This document shows positions 9,667 through 20,600 of a stretch of DNA of 64,000 bases, one piece after another. Every line of letters begins with the position of its first letter. Within the stretch, counting starts at the first letter, position 1. Origin of the DNA: Octopus sinensis (lineage: Eukaryota); assembly GCF_006345805.1 (NCBI RefSeq), contig NW_021837038.1:2470-66469 (forward strand), written 5' to 3'. The notes beneath the pieces were generated by a model. It ran no database searches, was not told where the DNA came from, and worked only from the letters and a program-made list of their open reading frames with translations. The position numbers were made by a program, and so were the translations under genes.

Positions 9667-10200
9667 AAAGCTAGATTTATGGTCTTTAAGTGTAATCTGA
9701 GGTTTTCCAGTGACGTAAGCCTCGGTTCTTTCGCTAAATCTCTGACGATTTGTTATCCTCTCCTGTTTTTTTTTACTGTGTTATTATAACCATGTCTATA
9801 TTTGTTGTATAATTCTTTCCTAACCAAATTCTTATATAACACAATATTGACGATTTAAATGTCACTTGTTTTATCTGACGGTACAAATGTTCCTGCAGCT
9901 TTGACGAAATCATCAAGTGATTTCTTAATTTCCTGTTGATTTTTATTGTATCTTCCAGGTATTTTCTGCATTTCCCGTTCTTACCTGTATCATAGAATTC
10001 CTCTTTGCTTCTGGTTAGTTGTTGGCTTGACGGTGGGTTTTCCCTTCATTTAAATACTTTTCTTTGTAAGTCTCCACATTCAGGTTTGTCATGTGATCTA
10101 TTTATTCTATCACAGAAGAAAGCCTTCTCCCACATCCTTCATATGAAATGGTTGGGTATCTCCAACAATGGTCTTATATAATCCTTCCTGCTGATTTTGA
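9667..10200 (-). pseudogene. Decayed N-terminal ORF region of a Penelope-like element (Naiad/Chlamys-like motifs)
   Basis: Minus-strand fragments RMWEKAFF (~10114-10137), ENPPSSQQL..EEFYD, TFVPSDKTSDI (9867-9887), ITLKDHKSSF (9667-9696), with stops and frameshifts. Confidence 0.65.
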
Positions 10201-11837
10201 CGGTAAATTATGGAATAGGTCAGATAGAGAGAATGCTTTCGATATAGCGATGGGATGATCTGATTTTGCACAAGTCACAGACTAGGTTGGAATATATATT
10301 CTTTTGTTAATCCAGTCTTCCATTCCAAAAGTCAAAGGAGGTCTATATAAAAATGAAGCTCTATAGTTCTTGGACAGAAGCAGTAAATTACAACTAAATA
10401 CACATGGCTATCAATTCTATTGACTTTTAAGGATTTAGGATTCAACATTACTACAGAAAAATATTACAGTAGTGTAAATGTCCTTGACGCAACATTCTTA
10501 TTTCTTTATTGCCCACATAAATCAAATAATAATTCTATATATATATAAATGTAATATCCAATGATTAACCATCAATAATATGGTGATTAGCTAATAAAAT
10601 TTCAATAAGAATATCTAGGTCATCTGTTAATAAAGAGTGTTTTGAATCACATGCCACATATCACAGTACTGTTTTAGTTAGAGCTGGACAGCAAGAGAAG
10701 TTTGAATACATACACAACTCTGTCTATTCTGCCACTAATAATACACATACCACACCAACAAAGTTTTACAGTAAATGAATCGACCGAGATCGAATTACAG
10801 GTCAAAAGCAATTTTCAAAAGATTGAAAATTCAGATCAAAAATAGAGGTCAAAGAAATAAACAATAAATCAAAAGTCATAGGCACGCACAACGCTTTGAT
10901 CCTACTGCTCATAACACAAATTGTCCCAACACCAGAACAAATAAGCCAAACAACAAATATAAGTATCTTGATTTACTCTGGGACAACCCAGACCATAGTT
11001 CATTTGGGAATTTGTTGCTTGTTTAGGCAAATGTTTCTCAAAATCAAATAGATACCATGCTATTTTTAATAGACACACCATAAAGGTATCATAAGCTAAC
11101 TCTATTAATTTAGAGCAGCATATGCACCAGATTAATGACACATTAATAACATAATAACGTTAATAAAATGATAACACTACATTATTGATCAACTGTTCAA
11201 TAAACAACTTACTGTAACTATAAGTTATATCGTGCGAACTACTCTCATTTCGACAAATAAAAAAAGACAACAAACGTATACACCAAGATACCAAGAAATG
11301 GGATATAAACCAGAATGAAAAATCACCTTCTGCAGCCAGACAGTGATGGGAGCAGTAATAGTGATAGAGCCTATATGGTAATGGTGTCAGAAAATGATGA
11401 CGGCATTGCCATATATACAACTAAATCTAATAAATGCTTATGCAGGAAGACAACAAAATGCCCACTGATAAACCTCTGTATGAGTATGAATCTTGTATAT
11501 AAGTGCACTGCACACACATTGAGAGGAATCTATGTTAACATTGAGGCAACAGCTGATTTGTTCAAGAAATGTTATCGAAACGATGGTGCCAGCTTCAAGA
11601 GAATCAACAGAAGGCATTCGATATCTTTGGTTTTTCTTATCACTTAAACAATCCTGATGACTTTACAAACTTTTTCTTCTTTCCTCCTTGATCCATCAAC
11701 TGTAGTGATTGACATATATTATACAAACATAAGCCACTCACGCATGTGTGACTATATATACATCCATATGAAAATACTTCTATCTCTGCTCTGTATGCGT
11801 GCAATTGCCTCTTTGAATACATTTGTGTCCTGGAATA

Positions 11838-11868
<31 letters not shown>

Positions 11869-12038
11869 GGTGTGTTTGTGTGTCCTGCTTCTATTTTATT
11901 CCTATGTTGATAAGTAATTAAAAATAACTGTTCTATTAACAAAATCTGTTTGTCTCAATCTTGAATTCTTATCTAAATCTCCCTATTTTATTTTTGTATT
12001 TCTTCTGCAGTCCTCCAAGTAAACACTGACCGAGAAAG

Positions 12039-12282
12039 ATGATCCTCCGTCCATCCTACCAACTACTCTCTGCTCTACGTCACATACCCACCTACCCAAC
12101 ATTCTTATCCAGAGCGCTAGTTTCGGTAACAGTGAATCCAGAAAAGGGTTTGGTTGATGAGCAATTGTCTGTGAGTGTTTCTGGTTTGAAACCTGAAGAA
12201 AATGTCACAGTCAGTGCCACAATCGAACAGAGCTCAAAGAAAAGAGAAACCGTTTTCAGGTCTTTCGGACATTTCAAAGCTT
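12039..12282 (+). pseudogene. ACOT-like copy 2, internally deleted after codon 81
   Basis: Matches copy 1 through ...FGHFKA, then jumps to sequence matching the copy-1 3' flank (~7595-7683); all catalytic residues lost; acceptor intact at 12010. Confidence 0.92.
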
Positions 12283-12552
12283 ATTATCACCATAATAACT
12301 ATTTGACCCTCATAAATGAACTATTTGTGCCGGTTGACCAGCAAAAAATTGCAGAAGCGTCTTTGAAATAGAAGACTTTTGTAAAATATCTTAGTTATCA
12401 TTCAGCTAGTGTTAGGAACACAAATTTTGACTAAGATTTGGTGGAAGATTTTAATTCAGAACTTTTGAAAACAAGACATTTGTAGTACAGAGCCAGTGGT
12501 AGTTTCAGCCGGGTTGGTACCAAAAGGGTTAAAAATATCATGGTGACTTTAA

Positions 12553-12774
12553 CCCTTTTGTTACCATATTTCTGTTGAGATGCTCTCTGTTTCTTTCAAT
12601 TAATTTTAAATATAACAAAGATTTTAGTAAAATAACTTAGTTATCATTCAGCTAGTGTTAGGAGCATAAATTGTGACTAAGGTTTGGTGGAAGATTTTAG
12701 TTCAGAAAATTTGAAAACAGGACATTTGTACTACAGAGCCAGAGGCAGTTTGAGCCGTGTTTTTATCAAAAGAG
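12553..12774. mobile_element. piggyBac-type MITE (TTAA-flanked), preceded by a partial copy (~12380-12527)
   Basis: TTAA|CCCTTTTGTTACC ... TTATCAAAAGAG|TTAA. Confidence 0.65.
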
Positions 12775-12878
12775 TTAAACTCTTCAATTATGCCTGCCTC
12801 TCCCCTTACTAACAACTCATGTAGTCTACCCAATCACATATCATCTCTCTCTCTCTCTCGTGCGCACCGTGGGAACAG

Positions 12879-13180
12879 TGTGAATATTTAGCTCAAATTT
12901 TGTAAACACAAGTGAAAGGAAGGGTTGTGGTTTCGCCTCGTAGCGAACCTGGGGGTTATGTGTAACGTCTGAGTGTAAGGAAGTTCTCGGTTTCAACTCG
13001 CAGCAGGAGTGAGTCGGCTGTCTCATTTCCATTATTGTATATCCATTTTCACATATCATTTTCATGTGTTTTATGTTCCCGCATGTCTTTGTATGTCCCT
13101 TTTGTGTTAGGCCTTGTGCCTGTAATAAAGACATAGTCTTTCGGTTCCAGAACTTTTGAGGTCTAACCACTGACCACACA
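12879..13180 (+). mobile_element. Possible LTR (TGTG...CACA with internal AATAAA)
   Basis: TGTGAATA start, AATAAAG near 13123, ends ACCACA(CA); no clear tRNA PBS and no gag/pol seen. Confidence 0.3.
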
Positions 13181-13265
13181 GGTCACTGCCAGTTCCAGCG
13201 ACAACACAACAGCAGCCACATGGAGACTCATCAACTTCGTCCAGCAGCATTCAGGACCACCGTCT

Positions 13266-13907
13266 CTTTCCTCGTCGCCTCCATCATCTTCCTAACGTCG
13301 TCAACATCATCTCCCTACGTACACAACAACCAGCAACACTCGTACAGGTTCTATCTCAACACTGTTTGTGAATTACTTCAACGTGGTTAACAGCAAATAC
13401 AACCTGTGAGAACTCCTGTAACAAGTGACCGGCTCTGCATCATAGCCAGGGCTTCACGTACGACCGTACCTCAACCAGCTCTGCTTCTTTGCCACAACTT
13501 GTTACAGCACTTCAACTATCGTGTACCGCGACTACGAACTGGTATTTATCATCCTTGTGTCTGAACATTCCTCTAACCTCCTATTCCCTTTCCTCGTCGC
13601 CTCCACCGTCTTCCTGACGTCGTCAACATCATCTCCCTACGTACACAGCAACCAGCAACACCCGCACAGGTCCTGTCTCAACACTGTTTGTGAATTACTT
13701 CAACGTGGTTAACAGCAAATACAACCTGCGAGAACTCCTGTAATAAGTGACCGGCTCTGCATCATAGCCAGGGCTTCACGTACGACTGTACCTCAACCAG
13801 CTCTGCTTCTTTGCCACAACTTGTTACAGCACTTCAACTATCGTGTACCGCGACTACGAACTGGTATTTATCATCCTTGTGTCTGAACATTCCGCTAACC
13901 TCCTATT
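13266..13907. repeat. Tandem direct duplication, 322-bp period, two copies
   Basis: CTTTCCTCGTCGCCTCCA...CCTCCTATT at 13266-13585 and 13588-13907. Confidence 0.9.
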
Positions 13908-14107
13908 ATAGACTCTTTCAATGCTCTGTATTTAATGCAGACACCTACACATTATGTATACATGACGGCTTGTCTATTACTATGTATATATGATGCACAC
14001 ACATGTTAACCTATCAATAAAATCTTCTCTTAAACATTCTACCCGGTTGTGTCTCTCTTTTACTTCTGGCACTTATATGTATTTATCCTTTCCATTTTTA
14101 TTGTATC

Positions 14108-15143
14108 GAGCTGGCAGAAATATTAGCATGCCGGGCGAAATGCTTAGCGGTATTTCTTCTGCTGCTACGTTCTGAGTTCAAATTCCGCTGAGGTCGACTT
14201 TGTCTTTCATCCTTTCGGGGTCGATTAAATAAGTAGCAGTTACACACTGGAGTTGATGTAATCGACTCAATCCATTTGTCTGTCCTTGTTTGTCCCCTCT
14301 GTGTGTAGCCCCTTGTGGGTAGTAAAGAAATAGGTATTTCGTCTGCCGCTACATTCTGAGTTCAAATTCCGCCAAGGTCGAATTTGCCTTTCAAACTTTC
14401 AGGGTCGATTAAATAAGTACCAGTTACGCACTGGGGCCAATGTAATCGACTTAATCCGTTTGTTTGTCCTTAGTTGTCCTCTCTGTGTTTAGCCCCTTAT
14501 GGGTAGTAAAGAAATAGGTATTTCATCTGTCTTTACGTTCTGAGTTCAAATTCCGCCAAGGTCGACTTTGCCTTTCAAACTTTCAGGGTCAATTAAATAA
14601 GTACCAGTTATGCACTGGGGTCAATATAATCGACTTAATCCATTTGTCTGTCCTTGTTTGTCCCCTCTGTGTTTAGCCCCTTGTGGGTAGTAAAGAAATA
14701 GGTATTTCATCTGCTGCTATGTTCTGAGTTCAAATTCCGCTGAGGGTGACTTTGTCTTTCATCCTCTCGGGGTCGATTAAATAAGTACCAGTTACACACT
14801 GGGGTCGATATAATCGACTTAATCCGTTTGTTTGTCCTTGTTTGTCCTCTCTGAGTTTAGCCCCTGAGTTTAGTAAAGAAATAGGTATTTCGTCTGCCGC
14901 TACATTCTGAGTTCAAATTCCGCTGAGGTCGACTTTGTCTTTCATCCTCTTGGAGTCAATTAAATAAGTATCAGTTACGCACTGGGGTCGATATAATCGA
15001 CTTAATCCGTTTGTTTTCTCTGTGTTTAGCCCCTTGTGGGTAGTAAAGAAATAGGTATTTCATCTGCTGCTACGTTCTGAGTTCAAATTCCGCCGAGGTC
15101 GACTTTGTCTTTCATCCTTTCGGGGTCGATTAAATACCAGTTA
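14108..15143 (+). mobile_element. tRNA-derived SINE (family a) expanded into six tandem ~183-bp units
   Basis: One head (GAGCTGGCAGAA..TTAGCA) then six units each with GTTCTGAGTTCAAATTCC and GGTCGACTTTGCCTTTCATCCTTTCGGGGTCGA. Confidence 0.85.
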
Positions 15144-15424
15144 GCCGGAATAAATTCCTTGTGTTGCACATATTAATCATCCTTCCTACTAGATTACTAC
15201 TAACTTATACCAACCTTAATTATTTAACTTTGATTATTAATTACTCTCTTACACGTAATGCATTAATTCCCACTCCCTGTATATCCGGTATGTTTATACA
15301 GGAATAATTTGGAAGGTTTATTAGTTTTTCGTGTTTGTTATATTATATATATATATATATAATATTTTTGACATATTCACAGTTTTTGAAATATTTTTTT
15401 TATATATCTGGGTCATTGAATTTT

Positions 15425-17200
15425 TTCAGTTTGAACGGCAGTTTTTTCTAGCGGTGTCATATGAAATTGTCACCCATAATTATGACCCTAGTATCGATCT
15501 ATTGCATTTCAATCTGTTTTAGGGTTAGGGTTAGTTAGGGTTAGGGTTAGGGTTAGGGTTGGGGGGAAGGGTATCTTTTTTCTTCACAAATGTAAATAAA
15601 CCGAATCTGTTTCTTAAACAAGGGACATAATCATACGGCACAGAATGGTTTTTTTACCTCAATAGACGTCATTGATTGGTTGAAATTGCAGAAATTGAAT
15701 AAAAAAAACAAAAAATATCTTACAAACTATAGAATTTTCTCAATAAAGCCAAGAGAAAAAGATGTTTTATAAACACATTCTACCAGTATACGAAGTTTAA
15801 AAGTGTTTAGTTACATGGAAATTATTTTTAAAAACTGCTGGTCAAACCGTAAAGATTCCTGTTTCTTAAACGAGGGACATATTCATATGGCACAGAATGT
15901 TTTTTACCTCAATAGACATCATTGATTGGTTGAAATTGCAGAAATTGAAGGAAAAAAACAACAAATATCTTACAAACTATAGAATTTTCCCAATAAAGCC
16001 AAGAGAAAAAGATGTTTTATAAACACATTCTACCAGTATACGAAGTTTAAAAGTGTTTAGTTACATGGAAATTATTTTTTAAAAACTGCCGTTTCTCTTA
16101 TCTTCATTGAGAAAAATTCTATAGTTTGTTAGATATTTGTTGGATTTTTTTCCAATTTCTGCAATTTCAACCAATCAATGACGTCTATTGAGGTGAAAAC
16201 ATTCTGTGCCGTTTGTCAACAACAACTATCGGCGATGTATTTTTCATTTGTCACTGTTACTTATGACAACCCTAACCCTAACCCCAAAACCTTAACCCTA
16301 ACCCTAACCCATTGTGAACCATATAATGTTTATAATGAATTAATTTGTGATAACACAGGTTGGGTGGTTAGTCAAAGGTCAGAATTAAGCCGAAACTGTT
16401 TCCTATGCATACCAAGATAATTACTTCCACTTTTGACTCAAAGCCACTAGTTTCAAGGTGAGGGTGTTAGTCGACTACACTGACTCCAGTTCATGGCTGG
16501 ACTTCATTATTTTTTGGATCTTTTCGGTTTGACCGGCAGTTTTTTCTAGCGGTGTCATATGAAATTGTCACCCATAATTATGACCCTAGTATCGATCTAT
16601 TGCATTTCAATCTGTTTTAGGGTTAGGGTTAGAGTTAGGGTTAGGGGTGGGGAGAAGGGTATCTTTGTTTCTTCAGAAATGTAAATAAACCTAGTCTGTT
16701 TCTTAAATGAGGGACATATTCATACGGCACAGAATGTTTTTTTTACCTCAATAGACGTCATTGATTGGTTGAAATTGCAGAAATTGAATAAAAAAAACAA
16801 CAAATATCTTACAAACTATAGAATTTTCTCAATAAAGCCAAGAGAAAAAGATGTTTTATAAACACATTCTACCAGTATACGAAGTTTAAAAGTGTTTAGT
16901 TACGTGGAAATTATGTTAAAAAACTGCTGGTCAAACCGTAAAGATTCCTGTTTCTTAAACGAGGGACATATTCATACAGCACAGAATGTTTTTTACCTCA
17001 AGAGACGTCATTGATTGTTTGAAATTGCAGAAATTGAAGAAAAAAAAACAACAAATATCTTACAAAATATAGAATTTTCTCAATAAAGCCAAGAGAAAAA
17101 GATGTTTTATAAACACATTCTATCAGTATACGAAGTTTAAAATTTTTTAGTTACGTGGAAATTATCTTAAAAAACTGCCGGTCAAACCGAAAAGATCCTA
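15425..17200. mobile_element. Cluster of GGATCTTTTCGGTTTGA-type MITEs with internal tandem subunits and TTAGGG repeats
   Basis: Copies at ~15425-16090, ~16090-16310 (opposite orientation) and ~16513-17200; internal (TTAGGG)n; repeated ~245-bp subunits. Confidence 0.85.
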
Positions 17201-17572
17201 TTTTTTTTATTAACCACGAAAGGATGGAAGGTAAGATTGATCTGGGCGGGATTTGAACGCAGAAAGAGTCGGAATAAATGCTTCCTGAGGTACGACAGGC
17301 TAACAATCCTATCAACACAACGCCTACTAACATTCATTGTTTCTCATCATCTTTAATTATGTAACACCAATTACTAATTATTCTCTCAAATGCAATGTAC
17401 TGTCACTCCCTGTGTATCCGGTATGTTTGCGCAGAGCAAAAATTAGGAAATTTTAATTTGTTATGATACTGTTGCTGGTGTTATTACTATCTTGACCGTC
17501 ATCTAACAGAAGTAATTCTTTATTTATAGTATCAATATTTCAATCTGACTAAATTTGTTACCGAAAGTCACA

Positions 17573-17653
17573 ATGGAACAATTCTTAATAGCATTTATCG
17601 TAACACTGTTGTTGATTCACAATTCCGCAAAGTGCCCCAAACCTAAATATATT
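17573..17653 (+). CDS. IL17R: IL17R-like coding exon 1 (signal peptide)
   Basis: MEQFLIAFIVTLLLIHNSAKCPKPKYI|GTAAGT, phase 0; acceptor TATTTATAG ending 17529. Confidence 0.75.
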
Positions 17654-20600
17654 GTAAGTATGACAATTAATGCAATAATTTCACTTAAGCAATTACTGTA
17701 TTTTTATCTCGTTGTCCGAGTATCTCTGCTCCATCTTTTGAAGTAGCTTCTTTTTATGGCATTTGTTTTCTCAAGTTGTTTTCTTCCTTTCAAATCTCAA
17801 TGTACTTTATTTAGGGATCTTTTCCATTTGACCGGCAGTTTTTTAAAATGATTTCCACGTAACTAAACACTTTTAAACTTCGTATACTGGTAGAATGTGT
17901 TTATAAAACATCTTTTTCTCTTGGCTTTATTGAGAAAATTCTATAGTTTGTAAGATATTTGTTGTTTTTTTCTTCAATTTCTGCAATTTCAACTAATCAA
18001 TGACGTCTATTGGAGGTGAAAACATTCTGTGCCATATGAATATGTTCCTTGTTTAAGAAACAGGGATCTTTTCGGTTTGACCGGCAGTTTTTTAAAATAA
18101 TTTCCACGTAACTAAACACTTTTAAACTTCATATACTGGTAGAATGTGTTTATAAAACATCTTTTCTCTTGGCTTTATTGAGAAAATTCTATAGTTTGTA
18201 AGATATTTGTTGTTTTTTTCTTCAATTTCTGCAATTTCAACTAATCAATGACGTCTATTGGAGGTGAAAACATTCTGTGCCATATGAATATGTTCCTTGT
18301 TTAAGAAACAGGGATCTTTTCGGTTTGACCGGCAGTTTTTTAAAATAATTTCCACGTAACTAAACACTTTTAAACTTCGTATACTGGTAGAATGTGTTTA
18401 TAAAACATCTTTTTCTCTTGGCTTTATTGAGAAAATTCTATGGTTTGTAAGATAGTTGTTTTTTTTATTCAATTTCTGCAATTTCAACCAATCAATGACA
18501 TCTATTGAGGTAAAAACATTCTGTGCTATATGAATATGTCCCTGGGTTTGACCAGCAGTTTTTTAAAATAATTTCCACGTAACTAAACACTTTTAAACTT
18601 CGTATACTGGTAGAATGTGTTTATAAAACATCTTTTTCTCTTGGCTTTATTGAGAAAATTCTATAGTTTGTAAGATATTTGTTGTTTTTTTCCTTCAATT
18701 TCTGCAATTTCAACCAATCAATGACATCTATTGGAGGTGAAAACATTCTGTGCCGTATGAATATGCCCCTCGTTTAAGAAACAGGGATCTTTTCGGTTTG
18801 ACCTGAAGTTTTTTAAAATCATTTCTACGTAACTAAACACTTTTAAACTTCGTATACTGGTAGAATGTGTTTATAAAACATCTTTTTCTCTTGGCTTTAT
18901 TGAGAAAATTCTATAGTTTGTAAGATATTTGTTGTTTTTTTTTCTTCAATTTCTACAATTTCAACCAATCAACGACGTCTATTGAGGTAAAAAAAAAACA
19001 TTCAGTATTTTCACTGTTAGTTTCTAAATTGTTTTAACTAAATTAAAATTCAATAGAAATAAAATATTTAAAAAAAAATTCTCACTCTTTTTTTCCTTTT
19101 CAGGAATCTTATTATCTTTACAGGACAAAATGTAAGTATCTTTATAAAACTATTCTTCAGATTGTAAAAACTACATAAGAATCATATTTATTCATGTTAA
19201 TACACCTTATTTCTTTTAGAAGCATTGAAAGAAATGTAAAATTTATGATTTTGCATTTTTCAATTATTTTACATCAGCAATCCAACAACAACAACAACAA
19301 CAACCACAACCATAACAACAGCCATAACCACCACCACCACCACTACACTCTTGGAGTGGTTGGCGTTAGGAAGGGCATCCAGCTGTAGAAACACTGCCAG
19401 ATCAAGATTGGAGCCTGGTGCAGCCATCTGGTTCGCCATCCCTCAGTCAAAATCGTCCAACCCATGCTAGCATGGAAAGTGGACGTTAAATGATGATGAT
19501 GATATATATATATACATACGTATGTAACACATAAAAGCACCCACTACACTCTCGGAGTTGTTGGCATTAGGAAGGGAATCCAGCTGTAGAAACACTGCCA
19601 GATAAAGACTGGAGCCTGCTGCAGCCATCTGGTTTGCCAGCCCTCAGTCAAAATCGTCCAACCCATGCTAGCATGGAAAGTGGACGTTAAATGATGATGA
19701 TGATATATATATACATACGTATGTAACACATAAAAGCACCCACTACACTCTCGGAGTTGTTGGCATTAGGAAGGGAATCCAGCTGTAGAAACACTGCCAG
19801 ATCAGATTGGAGCCTGGTGCAGCCATCTGGTTCGCCAGCCCTCAGTCAAATCGTCCAACCCATGCTAGCATGGAAAGCGGACGTTAAACAATGATGATGA
19901 TGTTGATGATGATGATGATTTTCCATGTTTCAGGTTGTAATGCAAGTTTGGATGTCTTTAAGCCGTTTCCTAACGGAAAGTACCCCGAGAGGCCGAAGTT
20001 TTTTCAACTAACAGATTTCCTGCGAAACGAGAAAAAAGGAATTAAAGCTGTGTGGAATGCAAGTAAGAACATTTCTCTAAAATTCTAAAAGCTTTTATGT
20101 TATAATTAAATGATGTAAATGTATTAAAAAGTGTTTACTGCATAAACAAAGATCCCATTTCTTAAAGCAAATTAAGTGGCTGTGTGGTAAGTAGCTTGCT
20201 AACCAACCACATGGTTCCGGGTTCAGTCCCACTGCGTGGCATCTTGGGCAAGTGTCTTCTGCTATAGCCCCGGGCCGACCAATGCCTTGTGAGTGGATTT
20301 GGTAGACGGAAACTGAAAGAAGCCTGTCTTATATATGTATATATATATATAGGCACAGGAGTGGCTGTGTGGTAAGTAGCTTGCTAACCAACCACATGGT
20401 TCCGGGTTCAGTCCCACTGCGTGGCATCTTGGGCAAGTGTCTCCTGCTATAGCCCCGGGCCGACCAATGCCTTGTGAGTGGATTTGGTAGACGGAAACTG
20501 AAAGAAGCCTGTCGTATATATGTATGTATATATGTATATGTGATGTGTTTGTGTGTCTGTGTTTTTCCCCCTAGCATTGCTTGACAACCGATGCTGGTGT

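Larger units (their letters stand above)
8880..12363 (+). repeat. Tandem segmental duplication of the ACOT-like locus (paralogous to ~2790-7683)
   Basis: Shared blocks 3057-3290/9178-9410, 3760-3830/9601-9665, 4835-6408/10711-12282 and ~7595-7683/12283-12363. Confidence 0.9.

Noticed and set aside
15519-15565. (TTAGGG)n runs as a chromosome end or fusion site
   Set aside because: Short, internal to a MITE family and repeated at the same position in other copies (16615, 50165).
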